A DNA stretch of 64,000 nt, from positions 35,464,001 through 35,528,000 of the forward strand of contig OZ024749.1 of assembly GCA_964016885.1 (NCBI GenBank), written 5' to 3'. Made by a program: the position numbers and the translations under genes. The notes below the pieces were generated by a model. That model saw only the letters and a program-made list of their open reading frames with translations, did not search any database and was not told where the DNA came from. Shown here in pieces: positions 1 to 13,107 of the stretch. How positions within the stretch are numbered: position 1 is the stretch's first letter; the number at the start of each line of letters is the position of its first letter. Origin of the DNA: Eledone cirrhosa (taxonomy: Eukaryota).

Positions 1-1280
1 ATGTTACATGTTAGTGAGACATGGGCAGTGAATGTAGAGGATGTTACATGTTAGTGAGACATGGGAAGTGAATGTAGAGGATGTTACATGTTAGTGAGAC
101 ATGGGAAGTGAATGTAGAGGATGTTACATGTTAGTGAGACATGGGAAGTGAATGTAGAGGATGCTACATGGTAGTGAGACATGGGCAGTGAATGTAGAGG
201 ATGTTACATGGTAGTGAGACATGGGCAGTGAATGTAGAGGATGTTACATGTTAGTGAGACATGGGCAGTGAATGTAGAGGATGTTACATGTTAGTGAGAC
301 ATGGGAAGTGAATGTAGAGGATGTTACATGTTAGTGAGACATGAGAAGTGAATGTAGAGGGTGTTACATGGTAGTGAGACATGGGCAGTGAATGTAGAGG
401 ATGTTACATGGTAGTGAGACATGGGCAGTGAATGTAGAGGATGTTACATGTTAGTGAGACATGGGCAGTGAATGTAGAGGATGTTACATGGTAGTGAGAC
501 ATGGGCAGTGAATGTAGAGGATGTTACATGTTAGTGAGACATGGGCAGTGAATGTAGAGGATGTTACATGGTAGTGAGACATGGGCAGTGAATGTAGAGG
601 ATGTTACATGTTAGTGAGACATGGAAGTGAATGTAGAGGATGTTACATGGTAGTGAGACATGGGCAGTGAATGTAGAGGATGTTACATGTTAGTGAGACA
701 TGGGCAGTGAATGTAGAGGATGTTACATGGTAGTGAGACATGGGCAGTGAATGTAGAGGATGTTACATGTTAGTGAGACATGGGCAGTGAATGTAGAGGA
801 TGTTACATGTTAGTGAGACATGGGAAGTGAATGTAGAGGATGTTACATGTTAGTGAGACATGAGAAGTGAATGTAGAGGGTGTTACATGGTAGTGAGACA
901 TGGGCAGTGAATGTAGAGGATGTTACATGGTAGTGAGACATGGGCAGTGAATGTAGAGGATGTTACATGTTAGTGAGACATGGGCAGTGAATGTAGAGGA
1001 TGTTACATGGTAGTGAGACATGGGCAGTGAATGTAGAGGATGTTACATGTTAGTGAGACATGGAAGTGAATGTAGAGGATGTTACATGGTAGTGAGACAT
1101 GGGCAGTGAATGTAGAGGATGTTACATGTTAGTGAGACATGGGCAGTGAATGTAGAGGATGTTACATGGTAGTGAGACATGGGCAGTGAATGTAGAGGAT
1201 GTAACATGTTAGTGAGACATGGGAAGTCAATGTAGAAGATGTTACATGGTAGTGAGACATGGGCAGTGAATGTAGAGGAT
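1..1280 (+). repeat. 40-bp minisatellite (~32 copies, truncated by window start) derived from an RTE LINE coding segment
   Basis: Unit ATGTTACATG(G/T)TAGTGAGACATGGG(C/A)AGTGAATGTAGAGG; the G-variant translates MLHGSETWAVNVE(D), the LxGSETW motif after the RT domain of RTE-clade LINEs. Confidence 0.95.
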
Positions 1281-1710
1281 GTGTAATGTTACATGTTAAT
1301 GAGACATGGATAGTGCATGTAGTAGCTGTAACATGGTGTTGAGACAGGGGCAGTGAATGTAGAAGTCTGGACAGAAACAACTCAAGCTTGCTTTGATGGA
1401 TATGTGATGTTTATATGCATGAATGGCAAAGAATGGATCAGCTGTGCATAACAAGAATCAGCTATAGCATAAAACAAAAGAGACAATTGCACTGATATGG
1501 ATCTGTGATGCATATGGATGATGACTTTAGTGCAGAAGCACCAAGAGACTCCAGAGGAAGAAAGATGAAGTAGAGAAAGACCTAGAAAATCCTGGACAAT
1601 GGTAGTGAAAGCTGATCTCAAAATACTGAACCTCACTCATGATAGGATTAAGAAACAATAAGTATAGGGAGAATGTTCTGACAAAGACCCATCCAACACA
1701 TGCAAGCTCA
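1281..1710 (+). mobile_element. Degenerate RTE-clade LINE 3' fragment continuing from the minisatellite
   Basis: Decayed frame reads ...LH*YGSVMHMDDD...RERPRKSWTMVVKADLKILNLT...KTHPTHAS, resembling the RTE C-terminal RLRWxGHV...RGRPRKTW region; contains stops and frameshifts. Confidence 0.8.
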
Positions 1711-1731
1711 ATACAAGCATATGTAGACACT

Positions 1732-1824
<93 letters not shown>

Positions 1825-1898
1825 ATATATAGTTCCTGTCCCACCCTTGCAAGCAGGGAAAAGCGGACGTAAAATGATGATGATGATGATGATGATGA

Positions 1899-2572
<674 letters not shown>

Positions 2573-2753
2573 ATGTATTCATATATAGAAAATACTTCTA
2601 AATGGTGATATTTATAGGTTTCTTAATAACTTCAAAATTCCATGTTTTATGTTTATATTAAAAAGAAACACGGAATTATTCAAATGGAACCATTATGGTA
2701 AGTTTCATGACAGAAACATTAACAGTTTTTCTACATATGAATACATACACATG

Positions 2754-2824
<71 letters not shown>

Positions 2825-2944
2825 GTGTGTTTGTCTTTGTGTGTGTTTATACATACATAACATATAACAATCTTGATATTGTATGTGATTTCTGAGAAAT
2901 ACAGGAACCACTTGCATATATTGAAATAAATATATTCTTTATTC

Positions 2945-2945
2945 T

Positions 2946-3034
<89 letters not shown>

Positions 3035-3274
3035 GAATATATATATATATTATATATACATACATATATATATACATACATAAATATATATATATACATA
3101 TATATATGTATATATATATATATATATATTATATATACATACATATATATATATATACATATATATATGTATATATATATATATATATATTATATATACA
3201 TACATATATATATACATACATAAATATATATACACATATTTATATATATACACATACATATATATACACATATA

Positions 3275-3359
<85 letters not shown>

Positions 3360-3443
3360 ACACATACATATATATACATATATATATATACACATATATA
3401 TATATATATACATATAAATATATACATATATATATATATATAT

Positions 3444-3498
<55 letters not shown>

Positions 3499-3545
3499 CC
3501 CTACATATATATATACATATATATATACCCTACATATATATATAT
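2945..3545. repeat. (TA)n-rich compound microsatellite
   Basis: Directly visible. Confidence 0.95.
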
Positions 3546-4015
3546 GAAATAAATATATTCTTTATATAATATATACAATTATTATTTATTTTTTCTTTTG
3601 CATGAGTAGAAATGGCAAGAATATTTGAAATAAAACCATATTTTTCTATTGACAATAACTTTTCAGGGACTCTATATAACATTACAACTCTTTAACTGTA
3701 GTGTGGCTTGGTGTTGGGGTGTAGCAAGGGGAGACAACCCAATTAATGCTTTAGAAAGAATTTCATATTCTCGTATAAAATTAGGAAGAATTTTTTTGGT
3801 AAAATATCTCCCCAAAACCTACAATATGGAGGGATGGGAGAAATAAAGAAATGTGGCAAAAAAAATTACTCCATGATGTGAAAAACTGCCCTATGAAAGG
3901 AGTGTTATTCATTTATTTATACATATATGCATGCTTATAAACATGCATATATATATATATACATATATATCCATGCATACAATCAATCTTTTATTTGAAA
4001 ATAGGTATGCATGTA

Positions 4016-4076
<61 letters not shown>

Positions 4077-4221
4077 AAGTTGGTGGTTCACCACTGGATA
4101 GAACTTTTCATTTTGTGTAGTTAATATATACATATATATGCATATGTATGCATGTGTATATGCATATATGTCTACATGCAACCCTTGCTAACATGGAAAA
4201 GAGATGTTAAATGATGATGAT

Positions 4222-4303
<82 letters not shown>

Positions 4304-4438
4304 GTGAGGTTATTTTTACAAAATGAAAAATAACCGAGGTGTCCTACACGAATGAAAGTATAAAGAAAAAGAGATGAAATCGAAAATGCAACTGGAGTCT
4401 TATTTAAAAAAAAAATATATATATTTATTTGTTTGGTT

Positions 4439-4476
4439 CCTTTACCGGTTTAGCAGTTCTTCTGCTTTTCAAAAGG
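4439..4476 (-). ncRNA. Variant or degenerate minimal type I hammerhead motif in a PLE-like fragment (4298-4500)
   Basis: Minus strand CCTT-TTGAAAA-GCAG aagaa CTGC-TAAA-CCGG-TA^AAGG then AAATAAA; stems I and II are perfect and loop III is palindromic, but the core has 3 deviations; the element abuts (TA)n. Confidence 0.55.
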
Positions 4477-4967
4477 TGAGTTGAGATGGAGGGTCTGTGG
4501 TTTACAAACATACACAAACAAACATACATACATACAAACATACATATAGAGAGACTGACAGACAAACATAGTTAAATTCTTAGCTAATGTATTTGCATCT
4601 GACAGTAAAGAAGCCATTATATTATTGGTGTAGGTCTAATGTTTGAAAAGACCCTGTATCAACATATAGAAAACATCGACATATAGAAAACTCGACATAT
4701 ATATAGAAACATCGAAAACATAGAGACATAGAAAATATAGAGACATAGATCTAAATATGTTTCAGCTGCAAGCTAACAAGTCTATTGAAAATTATATATA
4801 TATATATAGATATATAAACATATATAGGACTGTGTTTAGACAAATAGAAAACAGAAAACATACATCTAAATGTGTTTTAGTTGCAGGATATGTTGAAACT
4901 ATTGAAAAATATTTCAATGTTTACAACAACATACAGATTTTTACAGTTGCAGGCTTTTACCTTATCA

Positions 4968-4987
4968 CTACTACTACTACAACCCTA

Positions 4988-5048
<61 letters not shown>

Positions 5049-5053
5049 ATACA

Positions 5054-5105
<52 letters not shown>

Positions 5106-5107
5106 TT
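4968..5107. repeat. (ACT)n microsatellite
   Basis: Directly visible. Confidence 0.95.
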
Positions 5108-5257
5108 CATACCCCAACACTATAATCATCACTACCACCTTTAACAGCACATTATTATGCAACATCCCTAGGTCCAGTGCTACTATTAAGGCCATCTAGG
5201 CAGAAGTCTAGGGTCCAGACATCAGAGGGGCCAACTATTAAACCTTAAAGGATCACA

Positions 5258-5420
5258 TCATTATCATCATTGATTAACATCCATCTTCCACACTAGCATG
5301 GGTTAGATGGTCCCATTTAGAGGCAAGTTGTGTCGGGTGACCGTGTCTTGCTCATATAGGGGTGTTTCTGGCTGGTTTCCTATGGCTGGATGCCCTTCCT
5401 AATGCCAACCACATCACAGT
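5258..5420 (-). mobile_element. SINE 3' part with RTE-like tail
   Basis: Matches the recurrent GGTTGGYRTTAGGAAGGGCATCCAGC...CATGCTAG...GTTAA(TGA)n family also at 6812, 30955, 40120, 54450 and 58780. Confidence 0.75.
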
Positions 5421-5714
5421 TTATATAAATTTGTATAATTAAATAAAATATATAATAATTTCTTGAAATCAATAAATATATTACTAAACATTTTTCCCAT
5501 TGTTGAAGTTATTAAAATGAAGAGGGTCATATGCTGTTATAACTTGTCACATGGGTTGGTGTGGGGGAGTGTGGACTGTATAGTAGAAAATGCAGGCTTA
5601 GTAATTTTCTTAATGTTGTCAGAGCAAGAATTGTCAAAATCTAGGTTTGTATCTTGGTTACTGATGTACTGATGTCAATTGCTAGAGCAAACAAAATCAT
5701 TAATGGTTAAAATG

Positions 5715-6283
5715 TTGGACCTCTGTTGGTTCCAATGATAAATGATTCAGTTCTTTGATCAATGGAACAGCCTGCTTGTGAAGTTAACATGCAAGTGGCT
5801 GAGCATTTCACAGGTATGTGTACCAGTAACACAGTTCTTAAGGGGATTCAGTAGGACACAGTGTGTGACAAGAGTAGCCCTTTGAATTGCAGGTACAGTC
5901 TAATTTGTTATATACTGAAAGTTGTTGAGTATTTTACAGACATGTGTCCCCCTAACATAATTCTCAGGGAGATTCAGTGTGACAGAGTGTGTGACAAAGC
6001 TGGCCCTTTGAATTACAAGCATGATCTATCTTGTATTATAGGGTAAGTGGTTGAGTATTTTACAGACACGTGTACCTATAACACAATTATCAGGGAGATT
6101 CACTGTGTGACAAAACTGGCCCTTTAAATTAAATGTACAGTTTATTCTTTCCAGTTTAGTGGCTTAGATCAATATGAAATAAAGTTTTTTGCTCAAGGAT
6201 CCAACATGCTGCTAGGAATCAAACTCATGACCTTTTTTCTGTTCATGTGACAAACATCCCTTAATCACTAACCTGCACCTTCA
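5715..6283 (-). mobile_element. Old tRNA/CORE-type SINE with ~3 internal tandem ~125-bp units
   Basis: Degenerate tRNA head and TCCTTGAGCAA core at 6175-6283; AAGTGGYTGAG...CAGGGAGATTCA...GGCCCTTTGAATT repeated; related copies at 21870, 23120, 26755 and 50840. Confidence 0.7.
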
Positions 6284-6779
6284 CAACAGCTAAAATATCA
6301 TCAACAACAACAACAACAATATAACGAGATATTTGAAAGACCAATCACTAAAAAAATAGCAAAAAAAAAAAAAAATACTCATAAAATAATGGCACTGGAG
6401 CTATTTTAGTTGTTAGAAAGTTTTCCAATGAATTTAATAATATATGAGAATGATATGATGATTGATGGTGTAGTAGGAAGTTAGCAGGGCAGTGAACTAT
6501 ATATTAGTATTCTGTAAATCTCTTTGACACAAGTCCAATTCCAAGTAGGGGTAACTTTGCCTTTCATCAAAGTAAAATGGTTGAAACTGAGAAAACAAGT
6601 GATGGTCTGTGATAGTGAATAGGCAGTAGAAGAAAAAAAAGAAAGGAACTGATCATCAGATTGCATCAAAGAAACAATGTGTTCGTTGGCCTTTCCATTG
6701 GTGATACTATCTGTTAGTCTCAACTGCTGGCAGAAGCGTCACTGCTTATATTATATAATATGATATAACAAATATATAC

Positions 6780-6811
<32 letters not shown>

Positions 6812-6813
<2 letters not shown>

Positions 6814-7110
6814 CATCATCATCATCAACGTTTAACGTCCGTGTTCCACGCTTGCATGGGTTTGGACGGGGGTAGTCCCACTTGAGGCAAGAGTGATTGT
6901 CTTGCTCGCATAGGACTGTCTGGCAGGTTTTCTACAGTTGGATGCCCTTCCTAACACCAACCACATTTACAGTGTGGGGCTGGGAGGTTTTTACCGTGTT
7001 GCCTACACGGCCACATTACAGCGTGGACTGTGTGTTTTTTTGTCGTGACACCTACACGATCTCATTTGTTTCGGCCTGGATGGTGTGGCACCAACATAAC
7101 TTTACATAGA
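6812..7110 (-). mobile_element. SINE with RTE-like tail ending in (TGA)n
   Basis: Closely similar to 58780-59022. Confidence 0.8.
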
Positions 7111-7324
7111 ACGGGGTGGTGTGGATGGGGTGGGGGTGGTGGTGGTGGGACGGGGGGGGGGGTATTTTGTTAGAGATGCCTATATATATATATATATATA
7201 ACCAAAGATTAATATGGTTCATTGATTACTCAATGAATATAGTTTTACAATAGATTGATGGTTCAATTCCAGTATTGGAATTGAACCATCAAGACCGTTG
7301 AGGTATGTCATACATCAATTCATG

Positions 7325-7382
7325 TATTTTATCTGACGAGGACGTACTGAAAAAACAGCACAGTACCTTCGAAATATATATA
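7325..7382 (+). ncRNA. Hammerhead motif, family A-like, lacking the 3' strand of stem I
   Basis: TTTTAT-CTGACGA-GGACGTACTG...CAGTACCTTC-GAAA-TATATA-TA; stem II pairs 9/10; lies within a 7201-7420 insert flanked by (TA)n that also has a 17-bp perfect hairpin at 7255-7292. Confidence 0.7.
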
Positions 7383-7420
7383 TTTTGATTATGTGAATGT
7401 CTTCATTTATTAATATTTTG

Positions 7421-7475
<55 letters not shown>

Positions 7476-7478
<3 letters not shown>

Positions 7479-7556
7479 AAAGAGTGAAGAATAACGTGGT
7501 TGGCTGTACAATAGGGTTTATTTAAAGTATTAACAATTGTTTCATTAGTCCAGTGT
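7476..7556 (-). mobile_element. 5'-truncated PLE-like tail with the 3' half of a hammerhead
   Basis: Minus strand GAAA-CAATTG-TT^AATAC...AAATAAA; (TA)n on both sides. Confidence 0.55.
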
Positions 7557-7585
7557 GTATATATATATATATTATATCATATTAT

Positions 7586-7650
7586 ATAATAATATGAGTC
7601 TGGAACTGGCTGTCGAAATGGCCAGAGCTCAGCTGTCGAGGTCCTGAATC
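7586..7650 (+). mobile_element. Family C-like half-hammerhead fragment (second diverged copy at 7961-8008)
   Basis: GCTGTC-GAAA-TGGCCAGAGCTCAGCTG-TC^GAGGTC resembles 39001-39035 and 38675-38712. Confidence 0.6.
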
Positions 7651-7669
7651 TTTTCATATATATATATAT

Positions 7670-7958
7670 CTAGGGTGGGTATTATTCCCGAGATCCATGG
7701 ACAAGTTCTCTCCAGCGGTCTCTGTCCCTCATCATTGCCACCATGTCCTGTGTCTCAAAGAGACCTGTGTCTGTCCTTAGGGCATCAACAAATGTCAACC
7801 TCGGTCTCCCTCTTCTAGTGTGTCTGTGTAGGGGCTCCCACAGGAGCACTGACTGCAGTGTCAACTCTCAATGTTGGTGAACATGCCCATCTAACCTCAG
7901 TCTCCTCTGTGTTACTTTCGAGCTGACTTTTGGAAGGCTCCCATACAGCTCTGAGTTC
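7670..7958 (-). mobile_element. RTE/RTE-X-like LINE 3' end
   Basis: Translates LYGSLPKVSSKVTQRRLRLDGH...LLWEPLHRHTRRGRPRLTFVDALRTDTGL...RDRDRWRELVHGSRE*. Confidence 0.85.
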
Positions 7959-8234
7959 TTATAATAATATGAGCCTGGAACTAGCAGTTAAAATGGCAAG
8001 AGCTCAGCCTGTACCTATAATCCAATAGGTCAGCTTTGACATACACACTGTCTCATGCTGAATCTCCATGAAAAGTATATTAAAGGGTACATGTATCTAT
8101 GAAAATCTCTTAATTTTAGGACCAGTTTGTTCCATTGATTGAACAACTGGAACAGTAATAGTCAAATCTGTTGGAGGTCCATGTCATTGTCTACAACCAA
8201 ATTCTATATAAGTCTTATGTTATTGTAACATACT

Positions 8235-8420
8235 TGTTTCTACTTTAGGCACAAGGCCAGCAATTACCCAGTGCATTACTGGTACTTTATTTTATCGACC
8301 CCGTAAGGATGAAAGGCAAAGTCAACCTCGGCGGGATTTGAACTCAGATCGTAAAGGGACGTAACTATGCTGGAAAGCATGGCGTCCGACCCTCTACCGA
8401 TACTGCCAATCCACCGCCCT
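8235..8420 (-). mobile_element. Full-length tRNA-derived Meta/MESC-domain SINE with 17-bp TSD
   Basis: A box TGGCAGTATCGG, B box GTTCAAATCC, domain GCCTTTCATCCTTACGGGGTCGATAAAATAAAGTACC; TSD TGTTATTGTAACATACT at 8218-8234 and 8422-8438. Confidence 0.9.
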
Positions 8421-8951
8421 TTGTTATTGTAACATACTATATTCCATTGTTATTGTTATTTGCATTGTTGTACAGCTGAAGACTGGGTTTTAAGGATTCG
8501 CAAGTGTTTTGTTTCCTGGCAAAGTCTGTAAATTTTCCCCAGGCTGTTCTTTAATTGTTGTTAAGTATTGAAATAGTGAAAGATATTTTTCTCCATTTTT
8601 AAACTGATGGAACAACAAACATGATACAGGGGTGGGGGTGGAGGTGGGGGTGGGGGGTATTGTTGAAGTGGTGTTGTATATATAGGTGTGTGTGTATATA
8701 TATTGTTGTATATTGGTGGATATATAAATATCGGTGTGTATGTGTGTTTGTGTGTGGAGTGTGTGGTGAGTGTGTGGATATGTCTATAATGTTAGGGTGG
8801 TGGGGATGTATATAATGTGAAGACAATGTAATGATGTATATATATATATATATATATGTGTGTATATATATATATTTTTTTTTATATATATAAGTGTATG
8901 TGTTATTGCTCTTTACAAAGTTATTGCGATATATATTTGCTGCTGTGCTCA

Positions 8952-9044
<93 letters not shown>

Positions 9045-9394
9045 TATATAAACACAAACGTGTATGCATTGTGCCTATAATGAAAGAGGCTGTAAAAATA
9101 AACCAACAACACTCTTGAAGATGTGACTGTGAGGGTCTGGAAACATTGATACAAATATGTACTGAAGAACTTTTTGGTTCCAAATGAAATGTAGAGGACT
9201 TATTAGTTCCCCATGTATATACATACATACATACATTCAAACACACTCACATATGTGTATATATATACACACATATGTGAGTGTGTTTGAATGTATGTAA
9301 AAGGTAAACAGAAATAACACACAATCGGTACAGTATATGGAAGGTATATATTAGGTTAATGACACACACACACACACATATACATATATATATA

Positions 9395-9770
9395 AAATTG
9401 AGGGCAGCCGACCGGGTTAGAAGCTGCTAAATGTTCGATCGCCCTCATGTCTCTGAGTTTTCAGCCTCATGGATTTTGTCTATTATATTCCTTTGTTATA
9501 TTTCGAATACCTGATGATGTCACCGGATTCATACTGAACCCGGTCACTGAAATGATCATAGTATAATAAACCTTTCAAGGAAGTACACCAGTCCAGCCTC
9601 CTGTTATTTTATAATAATTAACTCCGTACTCGCACCACCAACTACACAAACGAAGACGGGTGAGTTGCATTACGTTGAGTGTTGAGTGCTATCCCTAATA
9701 TTACATCGAGGTTGACCATACAGAATGACCAGTTCTATCCAGTGGTGAAGCAACAAACCTAAATAAATAT
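9395..9770 (+). mobile_element. Family E hammerhead-bearing PLE/retrozyme-like element
   Basis: Flanked by TA tracts; the ~200-nt tail after the ribozyme is clearly homologous to 40500-40700. Confidence 0.75.
9507..9564 (+). ncRNA. Type I hammerhead ribozyme with canonical core
   Basis: ATAC-CTGATGA-TGTCACCGG attcatactgaac CCGGTCACT-GAAA-TGATCA-TA^GTAT then AATAAA; stem I 4 bp, long stem II, palindromic stem III, predicted AUA cleavage after 9560. Confidence 0.85.
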
Positions 9771-10119
9771 GTATATATATGAGCGAGACACGGTCACCCG
9801 ACCAGCCTTGCCTCAAGTGGGACAACTCCCGTCTAACCCTTGCTAGCGTGGAAAATGGACGTTAAACGAAGATGATGATGATGATATATATATATATAAA
9901 TGAAAGTACAGCATATTCAAAGTTTGAGCCGCAGCTAAGTCAACGAATGCCTTCAGCAGTGCAGCCAAGCACTCAACAAGGTATAGACCTCAGAGTAATA
10001 ACATACAGTTTAAAGGGCTTTGCAAATTGAAGATAGCAACCGCTAATTCAGCCACGTGATCTGTAGCAACGAAAGAACTGACTAGTGAGAAAAAAATACA
10101 TACACATACATACACACAC

Positions 10120-10151
<32 letters not shown>

Positions 10152-10282
10152 GTAAAGTTATATTTAAAATTGTTGGGTTACAACTAGTAAATATTTATAA
10201 CTGATATAAAAGCACTCGACAAATACTTGGAGTATATTTACAATATTAAATAAATGGAAAACTATATTTATAAAACCATATT

Positions 10283-10348
10283 TATTTCATTATATATATT
10301 TCGGGGATATCATATTAACAATATGCTATGCCTTCATCAGACAAAATA
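10283..10348 (-). ncRNA. Type I hammerhead ribozyme (family A, left arm)
   Basis: Reverse complement of 10450-10515. Confidence 0.8.
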
Positions 10349-10449
10349 CAATATAAACAGTTTTAAACTGCTAGAGTGAACCTCTTCAAATGAAGTTGAT
10401 GTTTATTACGGTATGTCGAATATATTTATCTATAAAACTGTTTATATTG

Positions 10450-10515
10450 TATTTTGTCTGATGAAGGCATAGCATATTGTTAATATGATATCCCCGAAAT
10501 ATATATAATGAAATA
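10450..10515 (+). ncRNA. Type I hammerhead ribozyme (family A, right arm)
   Basis: TATTTTGT-CTGATGA-AGGCATAGCATATTgttAATATGATATCCCC-GAAA-TATATA-TA^ATGAAATA; 8-bp stem I with two G-U pairs; AATAAA follows. Confidence 0.8.
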
Positions 10516-10557
10516 AATATGGTTTTATAAATATAGTTTTCCATTTATTTAATATTG

Positions 10558-10588
<31 letters not shown>

Positions 10589-10829
10589 CTGTATATATGT
10601 ATATGTTGATTTATGATGATGAGAAATAAGTAAAGAAAACCTTAATAAATCTTGTCAAAGCTGTCCCCCTCTTTCCCCCCATCTACCATCCACCCCATAA
10701 TACAGGTGAGAGAATCTTCTGTTAGTGTTACCTGGTGGTGGCAGTTGTAGTATTGGTGTGGTGGTGGTGGTGTTGGTGGTAAGGTGCGGTGTTCGTGGTG
10801 TTGGTGGTAAGGTGGGGTGTTGGTGGGGA

Positions 10830-12124
10830 TATGTGTGTGAGTGTGTATGTTTCTGTGTGTGTATGTTGGTGGGCATATGTGTGTGAGTGTGTATGTTTCT
10901 GTGTGTGTATGTGTGTGAGTGTGTATGTGTGTGTGTGTGTGTGCGTATGTGTGTGAGTGTGTATGTGCGTGAGTGTGTATGTGTGTGAGTGCGTATGTGT
11001 ATGTGTGTGTGTGTGCATATGTGTGAGTGCGTATGTGTGTGAGTGTGTATGTGTGTGAGTGTGTATGTGTGTGAGTGTGTATGTGTGTGAGTGTGTATGT
11101 GTGTGAGTGTGTATGTGTGTGAGTGTGTATGTGTGTGTGTGTGCATATGAGTGAGTGCGTATGTGTGTGAGTGTGTATGTGTGTGAGTGTGTATGTGTGT
11201 GTGTCCGTATGTGTGTGAGTGTGTATGTGTGTGTGTGTGCATATGTGTAAGTGTGTATGTGTGTGAGTGTGTATGTGTGTATGTGTGTGAGTGTGTATGT
11301 GTGTGAGTGCGTATGTGTGTGAGTGTGTATGTGTGTGTGTGCATATGTGTGAGTGCGTATGTGTGTGAGTGTGTATGTGTGTGAGTGTGTATGTGTGTGA
11401 GTGTGCATATGTGTGAGTGCGTATGTTTGTGAGTGTGTATGTGTGTGAGTGTGTATGTGTGTGAGTGTGTATGTGTGTATGTGTGTGAGTGTGTATGTGT
11501 GTGTATGTGTGTGAGTGTGTATGTGTGTATGTGTGTGAGTGTGTATGTGTGTGAGTGCGTATGTGTGTGAGTGTGTATGTGTGTGCATATGTGTGAGTGC
11601 GTATGTGTGTGAGTGTGTATGTGTGTGAGTGTGTATGTGTGTGAGTGTGTATGTGTGAGTGTGCATATGTATGAGTGTGTATGTTTGTGAGTGTGCATAT
11701 GTGTGAGTGCGTATGTTTGTGAGTGTGTATGTGTGTGTATGTGTGAGTGTGTATGTGTGTATGTGTGTGAGTGTGTATGTGTGTGAGTGCGTATGTGTGT
11801 GAGTGTGTATGTGTGTGTGTGCATATGTGTGAGTGCGTATGTGTGTGAGTGTGTATGTGTGTGAGAGTGCATATGTGTGAGTGCGTATGTTTGTGAGTGT
11901 GTATGTGTGGGAGTGTGTATGTGTGTGAGTGTGTATGTGTGTGTGTCCGTATGTGTGTGAGTGTGTATGTGTGTGTGTGTGTGCATTTGTGTGAGTGTGT
12001 ATGTGTGTGTGTCCGTATGTGTGTGAGTGTGTATTGATGTGTGTGCATATGTGTGAGTGTGTATGTGTGTGAGTGTGTATGTATGTCTCTCTCTTTTCAT
12101 CTTTCTCTCCTTGTTTCTCTCACT

Positions 12125-12159
<35 letters not shown>

Positions 12160-13020
12160 CACACATACACTCATCAACCTACATCCACCCTTTCTCCCAC
12201 ATACACACTAACAGAGAGGTGTGTCTTATAACAAACATGTCCTTGAGTGAAACAACAATGTCAGCAAATGGAGAGTGGCAGAGAGGGAGAGGAGATATCT
12301 GTGTGGGTGTGTGAGAGAGGGAGTGTGTATAAGAGAGAGAGTGTGTGTGTGAAAGAGAGGGAGTGTGTGTAACAGAGAGAGAGTGTGTGTGTGAGAGAGA
12401 GAGGGAGTGTGTGTAACAGAGAGAGGGAGTGTGTGTATGAGAGAGGGAGTGTGTGTAACAGAGAGAGGGAGAGAGAGGGAGAGAGAGGGAGAGAGAGAGA
12501 GTGAAAGAGAGAGAAAGAGAGAGAGGGAGAGAGAGAGAGTGTGTGTGTGTGTGAGGAGTGTGTGTAAGAGAGAGAGTGTGTGTGTGAGAGAGAGGGAGTG
12601 TGTGTAACAGAGAGAGAGAGTGTGTGTATGAGAGAGGGAGTGTGTGTAACAGAGAAAGAGTGTGGGTATGAGAGAGGGAATGTGTGTAACAGAGAGACAG
12701 AGAGAGAGGGAGAGAGAGAGAGAAAGAGAGAGAAAGGGAGAGAGGGAGAGAGAGGGGGAGAAAGAGAGAGAAAGAGAGAGAGAGAGAGTGTGTGTGTGTG
12801 TGAGAGGGAGTGTGTGTAAGAGAGAGAGGGAGTGTGTGTATGTGTGTGTGTGAGAGGGAGAGGGAGAGAGTGTGTGTGTGTGAGAGGGAGAGGGAGAGAG
12901 TGTGTGTGTGTGAGAGGGAGAGGGAGAGAGTGTGTGTGTGTGAGAGGGAGTGTGTGTAACAGAGAGAGGGAGAGGGAGGGAGATAGAGAGATAGAGTGAG
13001 AGTGAGGGAGAGAGAGTGAG
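10830..13020. repeat. Compound TG-rich then GA/GT microsatellite block
   Basis: TGTGTGAGTGTGTA-type units to ~12085; GAGAGGGAGTGTGTGT-type units from 12270 to 13020. Confidence 0.95.
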
Positions 13021-13107
13021 GGATGATTTGTGAGTTAGGGGACATTGACATTTGATTTATCAAACATAGTTTGAGGGGAGGGATAGTATGGTCAGTGTGG
13101 GGGTAGA

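Larger units (their letters stand above)
10153..10559. mobile_element. Family A fold-back element: inverted arms 10239-10365 and 10433-10559, tail 10153-10238
   Basis: About 127-bp arms that appear perfect, ~67-nt spacer, (TA)n on both sides. Confidence 0.85.

Noticed and set aside
9110-9200. Two weak hammerhead-like strings (TTGAAGA...GAAACATTG; CTGAAGA...GAAATGTA)
   Set aside because: Stems cannot be paired convincingly; may be a very decayed PLE end but is not supportable.
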